40,602 nucleotides of DNA. Source: a virus. Its lineage: Duplodnaviria > Caudoviricetes. A program made the position numbers and the translations under genes. Below are positions 18,161 through 26,976 of the stretch, in pieces (within the stretch, counting starts at the first letter, position 1; every line of letters starts with the position of its first letter). The notes below the pieces were generated by a model, which ran no database searches, had not been told where the DNA came from, and saw nothing but the letters and a program-made list of their open reading frames with translations. The DNA is taken from positions 1 through 40,602 of the IMG/VR virus record IMGVR_UViG_3300017747_002573. One strand, given 5' to 3'.

Positions 18161-18611
18161 CTGACTCCTTTGACAGGTCAATTATCCTAAGCCCGAGCGA
18201 GTGCAAGCACTGGTTCTCGGCTGGCTGATCGTGCCCCCAGAAGTGCCGCCTTTCGTGGTCGTGCCACTTGCCGGACTTCTCATCGCCGGGATTCAACATG
18301 CGATCAAAGCCGATCAGGGCCAGCTCTTTCACGTCCAGCTTGTCTATCGCGCAGAACACCGCACAAAGCCCCGTGGAAGGCTTTTTGCTGCTGTACTGCC
18401 GGTAGTAGTCCACCCACTTCGGCGGGTCGTTAAACCACCAGTCGGGGGAGTAAATCTGCGACCGCGCACAGACGTAATCCGTGCGAGTCCCGAAATGTTC
18501 TATCGGCTGATCCTTGCGTAGTCCGTCCTTGAGACGCACCACCGTCATGCCGTCAATCAAAGCCCCCCGGCCCGTTAGGACCGAGGGGCCATGCCCTACT
18601 ATGCAGAGCAT
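18138..18611 (-). CDS. GT29 sialyltransferase-like protein (minimal)
   Basis: Sialylmotif L-like CIVGHGP...G.LID...VVR...FGTRT, S-like PSTG...LIGFD, VS-like HDQPAE (HxxxxE). Confidence 0.7.
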   Translation of the reverse strand: MLCIVGHGPSVLTGRGALIDGMTVVRLKDGLRKDQPIEHFGTRTDYVCARSQIYSPDWWFNDPPKWVDYYRQYSSKKPSTGLCAVFCAIDKLDVKELALIGFDRMLNPGDEKSGKWHDHERRHFWGHDQPAENQCLHSLGLRIIDLSKESDGNLAGL

Positions 18612-18617
18612 TAAGGC

Positions 18618-19631
18618 TTAGGCGCAGCCTACAACCTTCGCCGAAGCAGACGAGTTACGGCAGACAAGAGTCGCCTCCGCAACAATCAGCTTCTTCGTAG
18701 CGTCGCCGGTCTTGGCAAGATCCTTGACCTGGGGACGACGCAGGAACGCGAGCGCCCAATAGTCAGGGTCCAAGCACAGCACGACACTCGACCGCACGTA
18801 CCTCGACAGGACAACCATGTGCGGCGAGCCGTAGCTCGAAACGTACATGTTCGCAGCGCCCACAATCGGAGCCTGCTTGTTGGGCGACGTATCGACAAAG
18901 CGGGTCGCAACACCCGTAAAGTTGTCAATGACGTTCTTCTGCGTTGCACCCACGAGGATGACGCGAGGATCGCCGCCGTCTTCCCACGCACCGCCAAGGG
19001 CCGCATTGAGCTGGCCAATGGTCAGGGCGCCCGTCGTGCCGTCAGTCGGACCCACGAACGGAGCCGCAAAGCCGGGGGTCGTGTGGGAAGCCGCGTTCGT
19101 CGTGGCAGAGACCACGTTCGACAGCGTGTTAGCCGTGGTTGCCGTGCCGCCAGCGATCCAAGACTCGATGCCCGCCATCGAGCGGCCAGTGGCCGAGCCG
19201 CCAGCAGACGAACCCTGGTTCCGCACCACTGCGTACTCAAGATCGCGCTTGAGTTCCTTCAGCAGCTTCGTACCAAGGCGGCCCGCCTCAGAGCGGCGAC
19301 CGATCTTGTTAACGCTCTCCAGGGTGTCAGACACGATGAACGTCTTGTTGACGATCTGCGTGTAGTTGCCGACACGAATTGCCGGGTTAGCCGTTGCGAA
19401 CGTGGCATCGTCGCCTTCGCGGACGATGTTGGTAGCAGCCGCTGCCAGGGTGTCCGTGAGCCACTCGTGATAGGTGTTCGATGCCGAAACCTTATCCAGG
19501 TTCGTCAGCGCCCACGTATCCATCGGGTCGAGTTCCCAAATGGTGCTCTCGACATCCTCTGCAATGTTCGGACCCATCGTGATGGAATTCGCAATGGAAT
19601 TCGTCCACGTAGTACCTGATACCTGTGCCAT
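18618..19631 (-). CDS. Major capsid protein (DUF5309/SU10-like)
   Basis: EDV...I....P.DT, HEW.TD.L, NYTQI..K...VS.T, ELKRDLE and LAKTGD..K..IV.E.TL motifs; follows the scaffold. Confidence 0.85.
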   Translation of the reverse strand: MAQVSGTTWTNSIANSITMGPNIAEDVESTIWELDPMDTWALTNLDKVSASNTYHEWLTDTLAAAATNIVREGDDATFATANPAIRVGNYTQIVNKTFIVSDTLESVNKIGRRSEAGRLGTKLLKELKRDLEYAVVRNQGSSAGGSATGRSMAGIESWIAGGTATTANTLSNVVSATTNAASHTTPGFAAPFVGPTDGTTGALTIGQLNAALGGAWEDGGDPRVILVGATQKNVIDNFTGVATRFVDTSPNKQAPIVGAANMYVSSYGSPHMVVLSRYVRSSVVLCLDPDYWALAFLRRPQVKDLAKTGDATKKLIVAEATLVCRNSSASAKVVGCA

Positions 19632-19635
19632 TTAC

Positions 19636-20565
19636 TTAGCCTCCAAAAATCTTTGCAATGCGATCCTGCACAGCAGCCTTGCGCTCCTGAGAGCCGGGCG
19701 GCGCCTTTTGCAGGGTCTTGCGGTAGTTGAGATAATCTTTGGTCTTGGCGTCCATTGGACGCGACGGGCTAGGCTTGACGGGCTGCGCCTTGGCCGTGTT
19801 GACCGCTTCGGATGCCTTGCCCTTGATCTGGTCGTACTGTGCAGCCTTCCAGAGAGAGCGCGCCCAACGCGGATCGAACAGGGAGCCAAGCTCCGCTTCC
19901 GTGTAGCCTTCCTGCAAAGCGTGGTCGCGTACCTGCTTTGCAACATCGTCTGACCAGTTTGGAATGCTCTTTTTGAGCGTTTCCACGGCCTGCTCTCGAT
20001 ACTTCGAGATCTCGGCCCTTACCTTGTTGTCGAACTCGCCCCGCCTGGCCTGGATGGTCTTGTCGAGAGCCTCGCGCTGCTCTTTCCATTGATCCAGTTG
20101 CAGCTTGGTACGGAAAGCTTCATCCGTAGACATGCTGCCCCAATTGGTGTCCTTTGCGCTCGCTAGAGCCGCATCGAACATGGCGATTTGCTGCCGCTCG
20201 TTGGCAACCTCCTGTGAGAAGGTCTGTTCCATCGTGGCAAGGCGGATCTGGTGGTCCTTGGCCTCGACCATGCGGCGCTGTTCGGCAAGCTCTTGAGTCT
20301 TCTGGGTGTAGTCCTTTTGCTGCATCAACGCCTTTTCGAGGGGCTTGGGCAGCTTGAACTTTGCACCTTCGTACTCGTACTCGAAGTCTTCAGGGGCTTG
20401 CGCCTCCTGCGGCTCGTCTGCGCTGGCTTCCGTTTCCGGTTCGGCCTGCGCTTCAGGCGCTTCTACTTCGGGGGGCTGTTCAGGCTCTTTGCCCAAGAAC
20501 AGCGAGGCAACACGTTCCTCTACCGGCTGCTGGGGGGCTTGGCCGGGGGCTTCGTTAGTTTCCAT
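19636..20565 (-). CDS. Scaffolding protein
   Basis: Acidic Glu/Pro-rich N-terminus, DYTQKTQELAE motif, coiled coil; directly upstream of the capsid gene. Confidence 0.8.
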   Translation of the reverse strand: METNEAPGQAPQQPVEERVASLFLGKEPEQPPEVEAPEAQAEPETEASADEPQEAQAPEDFEYEYEGAKFKLPKPLEKALMQQKDYTQKTQELAEQRRMVEAKDHQIRLATMEQTFSQEVANERQQIAMFDAALASAKDTNWGSMSTDEAFRTKLQLDQWKEQREALDKTIQARRGEFDNKVRAEISKYREQAVETLKKSIPNWSDDVAKQVRDHALQEGYTEAELGSLFDPRWARSLWKAAQYDQIKGKASEAVNTAKAQPVKPSPSRPMDAKTKDYLNYRKTLQKAPPGSQERKAAVQDRIAKIFGG

Positions 20566-20571
20566 ATTTCC

Positions 20572-20868
20572 TTAGATGATTCCGCGCCTACGGGCGAATT
20601 CCATAGGCGTAACGCGACTGTTTAACCGCTGGAGTTCTGTCCCGGCAATCTTGCCGTCCTGAACAGCGTGTTCCAGGTTTGCTCTCACGTCGCCTAAGAG
20701 CTTCAACATCAGCTTGAGTTCGTGCGCGCCCTCGTGGTCACGAATCGGCGCCGCTTCCCATTGCGAGTAGATCGCAGCGCGAACATCCTCAAATGCTTTC
20801 GTCAGGGTGTCGTCTTTCAGCAGCCGTTCTGCCTTTACGCCCCGGTCAAGGTCGTCTTGCAGGCTCAT
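20572..20868 (-). CDS. Conserved small head-assembly protein
   Basis: RG..AERLL.D motif; lies between portal and scaffold. Confidence 0.6.
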   Translation of the reverse strand: MSLQDDLDRGVKAERLLKDDTLTKAFEDVRAAIYSQWEAAPIRDHEGAHELKLMLKLLGDVRANLEHAVQDGKIAGTELQRLNSRVTPMEFARRRGII

Positions 20869-23183
20869 TGCGCCCCCACTACGCGACCATCAGGCCCGCG
20901 CTCGACGTTCTGCGAGAGGATGACGTTGCCCGCATCGTCTACGAGGTCAACGCCCTCCGCCTTGCCATCCTTGCCCCGGCGAATCTGCCGCTTGGCGGTC
21001 AGGACCGTAGCCAGTGAGGACTGGAGCGAGCTGACGGCTTCCTCAAGCTTCCCGGCAAGCTGCTGGACCTGCTGCGCCACTTCCATCGCGGGCTTGTTCT
21101 TTACCTCAACACTGCGCTGCTCGCGCTCGCCCGTCTGCATGTGGTCGAGGTACTTCAGCCCCGCTTGCGCGTTCGTCTTGAAGTCCTCAAGCTGTGCGGA
21201 GGTGTTCGCCTTCATCTGCTCAATGATGAGCTTGGTCTCGTTGTCCTTGTCGGTCTTGTACTTGTCAATCGCCGCCTGGACCTGCGTGGCGTTGTCCTGC
21301 TGCGTCGCGGTAGTCCCGACCTTCTGCAATTCGGTCTGGGCGCGAAGCTGCTCGACGGCCAGTACAGTCGGGTCAGGCTGCGGCGGCTGTGCCGGGGGAA
21401 GCGTGGCAGGATCAGTCCAGAAGCGTTCAGGCGTGGAAAAGTCACTGGCCTTGGTCAATTCAAGGGCCGTCTCGTACATGTTCTGAGGCGAGGCGATAGG
21501 CAGGCCCATTGCCGCCGCTTCCTTCTGCTGCTGGCCGATCATCATGAGGCGCGCAACCTGGGCGTCCTTGTTGCCTGCCGAGAAGCCCACTGAAATGCGG
21601 AAGTCAGTGCGCGACTTCCACGTTGAAGGGTCAACCTCCACCCACTTGCCCCGCAGCTTGACCACTTCGGCCTTGTGGCCGGACTTCAATACCAGCTCGT
21701 GGAGAATCGCGCAGGTGTCCTCAATGCCAAAGGCAAAGCAGCGGGCGATCTGCTCAACCCGCTGTGCGGCCATCGTGGAAAGCTGCTGAATGCCGGTCGC
21801 CGTCTTGTTCATGGCATTCTGGTCAATGCCTGTGAAATAGCGGTTAGTGCCGGTCCTATTCTCACGAACCGAATCCATGTACTCCAGGGCTTCCATTGCC
21901 TGCGGGAATACGAACGGCATTGGGACAGTTACAACGTCCGTCCCATAGGCGGCGCCGTCCTTCATGCGGACAATGCTGCCGGGGCGGGAGATCAGCAGGT
22001 CATCAAGGTTGACCTTTGAGCCATTGGCGAACGTGCGGGGATTGTTGGACAGCGCCAAGTTGTCGAGGCCATTCCGCATAATGCTCATCTTGATGTCCGA
22101 GATGTCCATGACCGTATCGGCCACCGACAACCCAATGTGGCGATGCGGCAATGGATCAGGGCACAGTACGCCCACGGGGATCTTGTTGACTTCCTCGCGG
22201 TAGAGAATTTCGTTGCCGACTCTCAGGACGTACTGCATTTCAGCAATGCCGTCCTCGTCGTAGTCGTGGCGAATCCAGATCATCCGCTTCTTGACGCGGC
22301 GCATTGCCGGGTCTGTCTCGTCATCCGTGCGGCTTTCGCCGTACACGTCGCGGGAGTAATCCTCCTGCGTGTCGTCGCCTACCTCATCGGCAATGTCGTC
22401 GGGTACGTCGTAGCCTTCGGCGCGAAGGTCTGACAGCGTGCAAAAGTCCCAATACTCAAAGTACGGGCACTCGCGCAGGTGCCATGCCTCAGTCAGCTCG
22501 CTGATCTTGCACCGCTCCGGGGGGAGAGCCTTCACGCAATAGGCGCTGTCTTCCTTAGCCCTGCGGATGCTCACGTCATACAGCATCGGAGGCGGCAGGG
22601 CGGGCAGCATAACCGGCTGGCCCGTAGCGGAGTCAACAATCTGCTGCGGGGGCTGCTCTACATAGTCAGGATCGGGGTACTCGTTGGTCTCAAGTACCTC
22701 AACGTCCTTGTCCTGAAGCAACAGCGCCAAGCTCTCGGGCGTCTGCCGCTCGTACTTCTCCATCTCAACCCGGCGCCGCTTGTCCCGGTAGGCGTACAGA
22801 TACCCGGCCTTGATCAGCAGCGCATCGAGGGCCGCAGTGCGGAACACTTCAAACCAGGGGTTCTTCTGTAGCAGGATGAAGTTGAGATACTGCGCCTCCT
22901 GCTTTGCGCCTTCCTCGTCTTCAGGGCCGACAGGGGGAAGCTCCACCACGTCATCGCCATTCGCAAAGATGCGGCACAGCGAGGGCATCATCCACTGGAT
23001 GGTCTCGTATACCGACCGGTCTACAACCTGCGAGCGGCCTTCAGGGGCGGGAGTGCGGTTAGTCCCGAGGTAGTAGTCGATGGACTTTGCGCGGGCATCC
23101 TCAAGGGATGAATCGGTGTCAGAGCCATAGGCGTTTTCCTCTGCGGCGTCGATGGCTCGCAGTAGGTTATCCATGTCTGGCAT
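20865..23183 (-). CDS. Portal protein (P22-like, long C-terminal coiled coil)
   Basis: GRSQVV...V.ETI.W.MPSL..IF, DYDEDG.AE and TATG motifs; follows TerL. Confidence 0.9.
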   Translation of the reverse strand: MPDMDNLLRAIDAAEENAYGSDTDSSLEDARAKSIDYYLGTNRTPAPEGRSQVVDRSVYETIQWMMPSLCRIFANGDDVVELPPVGPEDEEGAKQEAQYLNFILLQKNPWFEVFRTAALDALLIKAGYLYAYRDKRRRVEMEKYERQTPESLALLLQDKDVEVLETNEYPDPDYVEQPPQQIVDSATGQPVMLPALPPPMLYDVSIRRAKEDSAYCVKALPPERCKISELTEAWHLRECPYFEYWDFCTLSDLRAEGYDVPDDIADEVGDDTQEDYSRDVYGESRTDDETDPAMRRVKKRMIWIRHDYDEDGIAEMQYVLRVGNEILYREEVNKIPVGVLCPDPLPHRHIGLSVADTVMDISDIKMSIMRNGLDNLALSNNPRTFANGSKVNLDDLLISRPGSIVRMKDGAAYGTDVVTVPMPFVFPQAMEALEYMDSVRENRTGTNRYFTGIDQNAMNKTATGIQQLSTMAAQRVEQIARCFAFGIEDTCAILHELVLKSGHKAEVVKLRGKWVEVDPSTWKSRTDFRISVGFSAGNKDAQVARLMMIGQQQKEAAAMGLPIASPQNMYETALELTKASDFSTPERFWTDPATLPPAQPPQPDPTVLAVEQLRAQTELQKVGTTATQQDNATQVQAAIDKYKTDKDNETKLIIEQMKANTSAQLEDFKTNAQAGLKYLDHMQTGEREQRSVEVKNKPAMEVAQQVQQLAGKLEEAVSSLQSSLATVLTAKRQIRRGKDGKAEGVDLVDDAGNVILSQNVERGPDGRVVGAQ

Positions 23184-23390
23184 TTAGTGGCTCTCGTGAA
23201 CGGTAACTTTCTGAATCATGTAGGGAACGTCATCAACCCAAAAGGCAAAGGGCGCCGACAGGTCTAGCCCTGCCTCGTTGACCATCTCGACCCCATCGGC
23301 TAACACCTTGGCGGCATCGTCGAGTAGGTCGAGGTCATACAATCCCTCGATTGTCGTACTTGATTGCTTTGCCCCATCCGGCGCTTTCAT
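23184..23390 (-). CDS. Small hypothetical protein between TerL and portal
   Basis: ATG at 23390 with GAGG RBS inside the TerL 3' end; stop abuts the portal ATG. Confidence 0.45.
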   Translation of the reverse strand: MKAPDGAKQSSTTIEGLYDLDLLDDAAKVLADGVEMVNEAGLDLSAPFAFWVDDVPYMIQKVTVHESH

Positions 23391-24657
23391 TGAAGATCCT
23401 CTCAGCGGCAACGCACATCAGGCCGAAGGCGTCCGCACCGTGGGATGCCCAATCGTGTTCAGGGCCTAATCCCACCCCGCGAGCCTCGTCTTTCTTCTCG
23501 TGATACCAGCCGAGGGCGTCCAGTCCGGCCTGAGTCGCCTGCTCGTTGAACCAAATGGCCGGGAAGTGTCGACGGCCAGCCTCGATGCGAGCCTTCGCAG
23601 CGCCCTTGCCTTGGTTAGGCACCACGGTCACGTCGTACCCTGCGGCCTTTAGCGCGGACTCGTAGGATACGGCATGTACCTTGTCCTGCGTCTCGCCGTC
23701 ATGGGGGAGCCACACTTGGGCCTGCTTTGGGCCGTATCCCTGATCGCGCATCCAGACCAGATGCGTCGCAAGCGGCTGTCCAACCGCCTCGTAGTAGTTG
23801 ACTGCCCGTATCTCTTTTCCAATGAACTGAGCTGCCCAGATCGCCACGGCATCGGCCCTAGCCCCTGTGCCGCCGATGTCAAAGAACAGGCGCGTAGTCA
23901 TCAGCGGATCAGGCGATACCCGCCCAATGCGGCCAGCCGTGCGCGCTTCGTTGAGGCTCTTTGCGTAGTAAGCCCCGTCTAGCATCGTCACGTAGCCGCC
24001 TTCCCAGATGTAGTCGTACTGTTCCGGCTGAGTCCGCAGGCAGTCCTGACGCTCCTGCTCAAGCTCGCTGGTGAACCAGGGGTTATCCTTCCAGTTAGCG
24101 CGGACGACCACGGCGCCAGTCGGCAGGTGCGGCCCTCTGAGCATCACATCTACCGGGTCCGTCTTGCGCCTTGGGTTCCAGCTAAACCACTTCTGTGAGC
24201 CTTCAGAGCGGATCGTAGGGCGCAGCAAGTTCAGCGAGTGAAGCGTCGCGGTCTGGGCTTCTTCCCACCAGCTCCGCTTGAACCCTTCCAGCGACTTGAT
24301 GGAGTCCGCTGTGTAGTCATTCATGCCCTTGAAGATGATCAGACCATCGCCTGGGGTCTTGATAACGTCCTTGAAGACCTTGAAGCCGTCCGCTTCCCCT
24401 ATGCCGTGATAGCGGAGCTTGGTCTCAATCAATAGCTTCGATGACTGCGCTAGGTCTTTCTGTACCTCACGGATACAGACGGCACGCATCCCCTCGCCAA
24501 AGTCGCCCGGTTCGGCTAGGCAGTCTTCAATCAGGTTGTCAGCGTAGAAATGCGACTTACCCGACCCGCGCCCGCCCCATGCGCCCTTGTATCTAGCCGG
24601 AGCCAACAAAGGCTCGAAGACTTCAGCCGTCGGGATTTGCAGGGTTCGGCCTGACAA
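23335..24657 (-). CDS. terL: Terminase large subunit (PBSX/Terminase_3-like)
   Basis: Walker A GGRGSGKS, Walker B WWEEAQ, SWNP; nuclease motifs FFDIG, LPHDG, HDWASHGADAF. Confidence 0.93.
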   Translation of the reverse strand: MSGRTLQIPTAEVFEPLLAPARYKGAWGGRGSGKSHFYADNLIEDCLAEPGDFGEGMRAVCIREVQKDLAQSSKLLIETKLRYHGIGEADGFKVFKDVIKTPGDGLIIFKGMNDYTADSIKSLEGFKRSWWEEAQTATLHSLNLLRPTIRSEGSQKWFSWNPRRKTDPVDVMLRGPHLPTGAVVVRANWKDNPWFTSELEQERQDCLRTQPEQYDYIWEGGYVTMLDGAYYAKSLNEARTAGRIGRVSPDPLMTTRLFFDIGGTGARADAVAIWAAQFIGKEIRAVNYYEAVGQPLATHLVWMRDQGYGPKQAQVWLPHDGETQDKVHAVSYESALKAAGYDVTVVPNQGKGAAKARIEAGRRHFPAIWFNEQATQAGLDALGWYHEKKDEARGVGLGPEHDWASHGADAFGLMCVAAERIFNESAGWGKAIKYDNRGIV

Positions 24658-24910
24658 TTTCCCTCGCTACCTTGGCAATGCGGATCGGGTCGTGCTCGTC
24701 GTCACCCACAATGGCTTGGACTGGCTTGCCGAATCCCCTATCCAGAATAGCCTGAGAAGCCGCAACAGCCACCCGAGGGTCGTCGCCGTTCATTAGCTCT
24801 GCGAGGCGCTCAATTGCCCGTGGGCCGTGGCTTTGGGCTAGGCGCTTAACCTCGGCATTCTCCTTAGGCCTGCCACCGGGATTACCGGACTTTCCGGGTT
24901 CAAATGGCAT
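24623..24910 (-). CDS. terS: Terminase small subunit (DUF5681-like)
   Basis: F.PGKSGNPGGRPK and ILDRGFGKPVQ motifs; directly upstream of terL. Confidence 0.8.
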   Translation of the reverse strand: MPFEPGKSGNPGGRPKENAEVKRLAQSHGPRAIERLAELMNGDDPRVAVAASQAILDRGFGKPVQAIVGDDEHDPIRIAKVAREIVRPNPANPDG

Positions 24911-24914
24911 TGTT

Positions 24915-25247
24915 CTACACTGTTCTCAATGACTGCCCATCCCAGCTCCTTACCCACCTTTGCGGCAGGTAAGCGTGAGTTAAGCAGCTATTCAAATCAG
25001 GTGAAAGAGACTGAATTACTTGGAGTTCTTTAGCCTTCAGTGCTTCTGTGCTGGCGCATTTAGCAATCACCTCTACATCGAAAGCCGCAAGCCCATCAAC
25101 GGCCATCAGTGCGTGCAGCCTGCTTTTCTTACAGGCTGCCTTACTGGATGCCGTATGAGTCAAAATCCTGCGCCGCAGGCTCTTTGTTGCGCCAATATAA
25201 AAGCTCCCACTAGCGCGGTGGGTCAGCTTATAAACGACGTACTCCAA
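24915..25247 (-). CDS. GIY-YIG homing endonuclease (catalytic domain only)
   Basis: VVYKL...FYIGAT....R...H, conserved E and terminal LN; TTG start with GGGAG RBS. Confidence 0.8.
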   Translation of the reverse strand: MEYVVYKLTHRASGSFYIGATKSLRRRILTHTASSKAACKKSRLHALMAVDGLAAFDVEVIAKCASTEALKAKELQVIQSLSPDLNSCLTHAYLPQRWVRSWDGQSLRTV

Positions 25248-25280
25248 TTTCTCTCCCTAACGACTGCCTTGTAGCTTGGT

Positions 25281-25296
25281 CGTTTCACGTGAAACA
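25281..25296. promoter_or_regulatory. parS-like site
   Basis: CGTTTCACGTGAAACA matches the canonical parS TGTTTCACGTGAAACA at 15/16; intergenic. Confidence 0.75.
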
Positions 25297-25299
25297 TTC

Positions 25300-25785
25300 T
25301 TACATCAGCAGCAACAGTAAGGAATCTTCCTCGTCTTCCTCTGCTGCTTTGCGCTCAAGCAGTATCCGCATCTCAATCAGGGCGGCGGCATTCGCGTACA
25401 GCCGGTCAATGTCTGCCCGGAGTGCGGTCAGGTCTAGCTGTAGTTCGGGGCTTGCCGTGACTGTCGGGCGGTCAATCCTGATCTCGCCGGGGTCTCTGCC
25501 CTTGGAAATGACCTTCTTGACCCGCTTCTCAACCGTCTTGGCTGCGATCTCGGCTGATCGTTCAGCCATTGCCCGCGCTTGGTCTAGCAGGGCTTGAGCC
25601 TGCTGCGCGTTATCGACTAGGAACTGCTGTCCGTCGATCTCGACAAAGTAGCGGCGCTTGGTCCGTCTACCAGCGGGCGTTTGTCCTGTATCGACGACAA
25701 CAGGCGGAACGAATGTCCCTGCCCATGATGCGAGCCATGAGCCGGTCGTGCCGCCCCAGCTTAGACCCCAAGAGTCAGCGGCCAC
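25300..25785 (-). CDS. Hypothetical late protein
   Basis: SWG.SWG N-terminus and EEDEEDSLLLLM C-terminus, typical of genes preceding terS. Confidence 0.65.
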   Translation of the reverse strand: MAADSWGLSWGGTTGSWLASWAGTFVPPVVVDTGQTPAGRRTKRRYFVEIDGQQFLVDNAQQAQALLDQARAMAERSAEIAAKTVEKRVKKVISKGRDPGEIRIDRPTVTASPELQLDLTALRADIDRLYANAAALIEMRILLERKAAEEDEEDSLLLLLM

Positions 25786-25788
25786 GGA

Positions 25789-26976
25789 TTAGACTCCAGG
25801 CCCCCACTCAGTTCCGGTCTGGCCGTTACCAGTCACAGATACGTCATTCACGTACTGGATGTTAACGTCAACGATATTGGCGACCGTGAACGTGAGCTGG
25901 TCTGTCTTGGCCTTGATTGCCGCCACTTCCGTGTCAATAAAGTTATCGATGGTGTCCACAGAGACTTGAGATGCTAGGCCAGTCTGGATTGCAGCCACCG
26001 CCGTTGCCCCTACGGTTACAGCTCCAATGCTCCCCGCTGTAATAGCCGCAGCAATCGCGGCATTAGATGTAGCGCCGACGGTCACAGCCCCGGTCACGCT
26101 CGCCACGGAGCCGGTAACGCTGCCCTGAACGCTGGCAATGCCTTCGCCAAACGAACCTGCGGCCACATGGCCTGCGCGAGCTTCGTCCCAGACAGCATCC
26201 GCAATCGCAGCCGCAGCAGTCGGGCTGACCGTGGTATCAGCCGCACCGCCAGAGATACCGCTTACCGTTGCATCCAGGTATTCGCCGTAGGTATCTGCCG
26301 TGACATGGCCTGCCTTTGGCTCATCCCAGACACCATCCACAATCGCGGCCTGCGACGTAGCATTGACGCTTACAACCGTCACTAAGGCGGCAATGGCGGA
26401 AGCGGCAGTAGAACCGACCGTGACAGCGCCTACCACGCTGCCAAGCGTCAGGCCCTGCAATGCGCCCGCAGTAAAGGCGTTGGCACTGATTGCGCCTGCC
26501 GTAATCGACGAGACGTTGGCATTGACGGTTCCAGCCACGCTGCCCAAGGTAAGGGCCTGCAACGCGCCTGCTGTAAACGCATTGGCAGAGATCGCACCCG
26601 CCGTAATGCTGGAGACGTTCGCATTGATCGTTACGGAGACTGAATTCGAGTCCACTTCGGCTTCAATCTGGAAGCCGTGAACGTCTGCGCCAATGATGGA
26701 CGCAACCGTGGCCTGAACATATAGGCTGTATGATTTGCCTTTCTCATACCCCGCAGCAGAAGCCAGCGTGATTGCGGCAATAGCCAAGCCAGCCGAGTTC
26801 GCCGTATCGAAAACAGTAAAGCTGCCTGTCGTAACAGGGGTCGCCGTGTTGTCCTCGTACAGCCGCCATGTGGGGGCCGTATCGGAATCAGTCGCCGCGC
26901 CAGTGGTAACGGATGACGTTACTACGGGGACATAGATGATGTCCTCCAGCTTCCACGATCCGAGATAACGGCCCAT
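25789..26976 (-). CDS. Ala/Thr/Val-rich putative head-decoration or fiber protein with internal repeats
   Basis: Two 30-aa repeats (NANVSSITAGAISANAFTAGALQ.LTLGSV) and two AAI.D.VWDE..AGHV repeats. Confidence 0.65.
   Translation of the reverse strand: MGRYLGSWKLEDIIYVPVVTSSVTTGAATDSDTAPTWRLYEDNTATPVTTGSFTVFDTANSAGLAIAAITLASAAGYEKGKSYSLYVQATVASIIGADVHGFQIEAEVDSNSVSVTINANVSSITAGAISANAFTAGALQALTLGSVAGTVNANVSSITAGAISANAFTAGALQGLTLGSVVGAVTVGSTAASAIAALVTVVSVNATSQAAIVDGVWDEPKAGHVTADTYGEYLDATVSGISGGAADTTVSPTAAAAIADAVWDEARAGHVAAGSFGEGIASVQGSVTGSVASVTGAVTVGATSNAAIAAAITAGSIGAVTVGATAVAAIQTGLASQVSVDTIDNFIDTEVAAIKAKTDQLTFTVANIVDVNIQYVNDVSVTGNGQTGTEWGPGV

Noticed and set aside
18819-19619. Long + strand ORFs antisense to capsid, portal and other late genes (also 20722-21486 and the - strand ORF 2029-2778)
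   Set aside because: Shadow ORFs expected from GC-rich codon bias; no motifs or RBS, and they lie opposite well-supported genes
24926-25268. Possible junction duplication around the GIY-YIG gene (GGCAGTCGTTAG vs GGCAGTCATTGA)
   Set aside because: Only about 9/12 identity with no clear shared reading frame; could be chance
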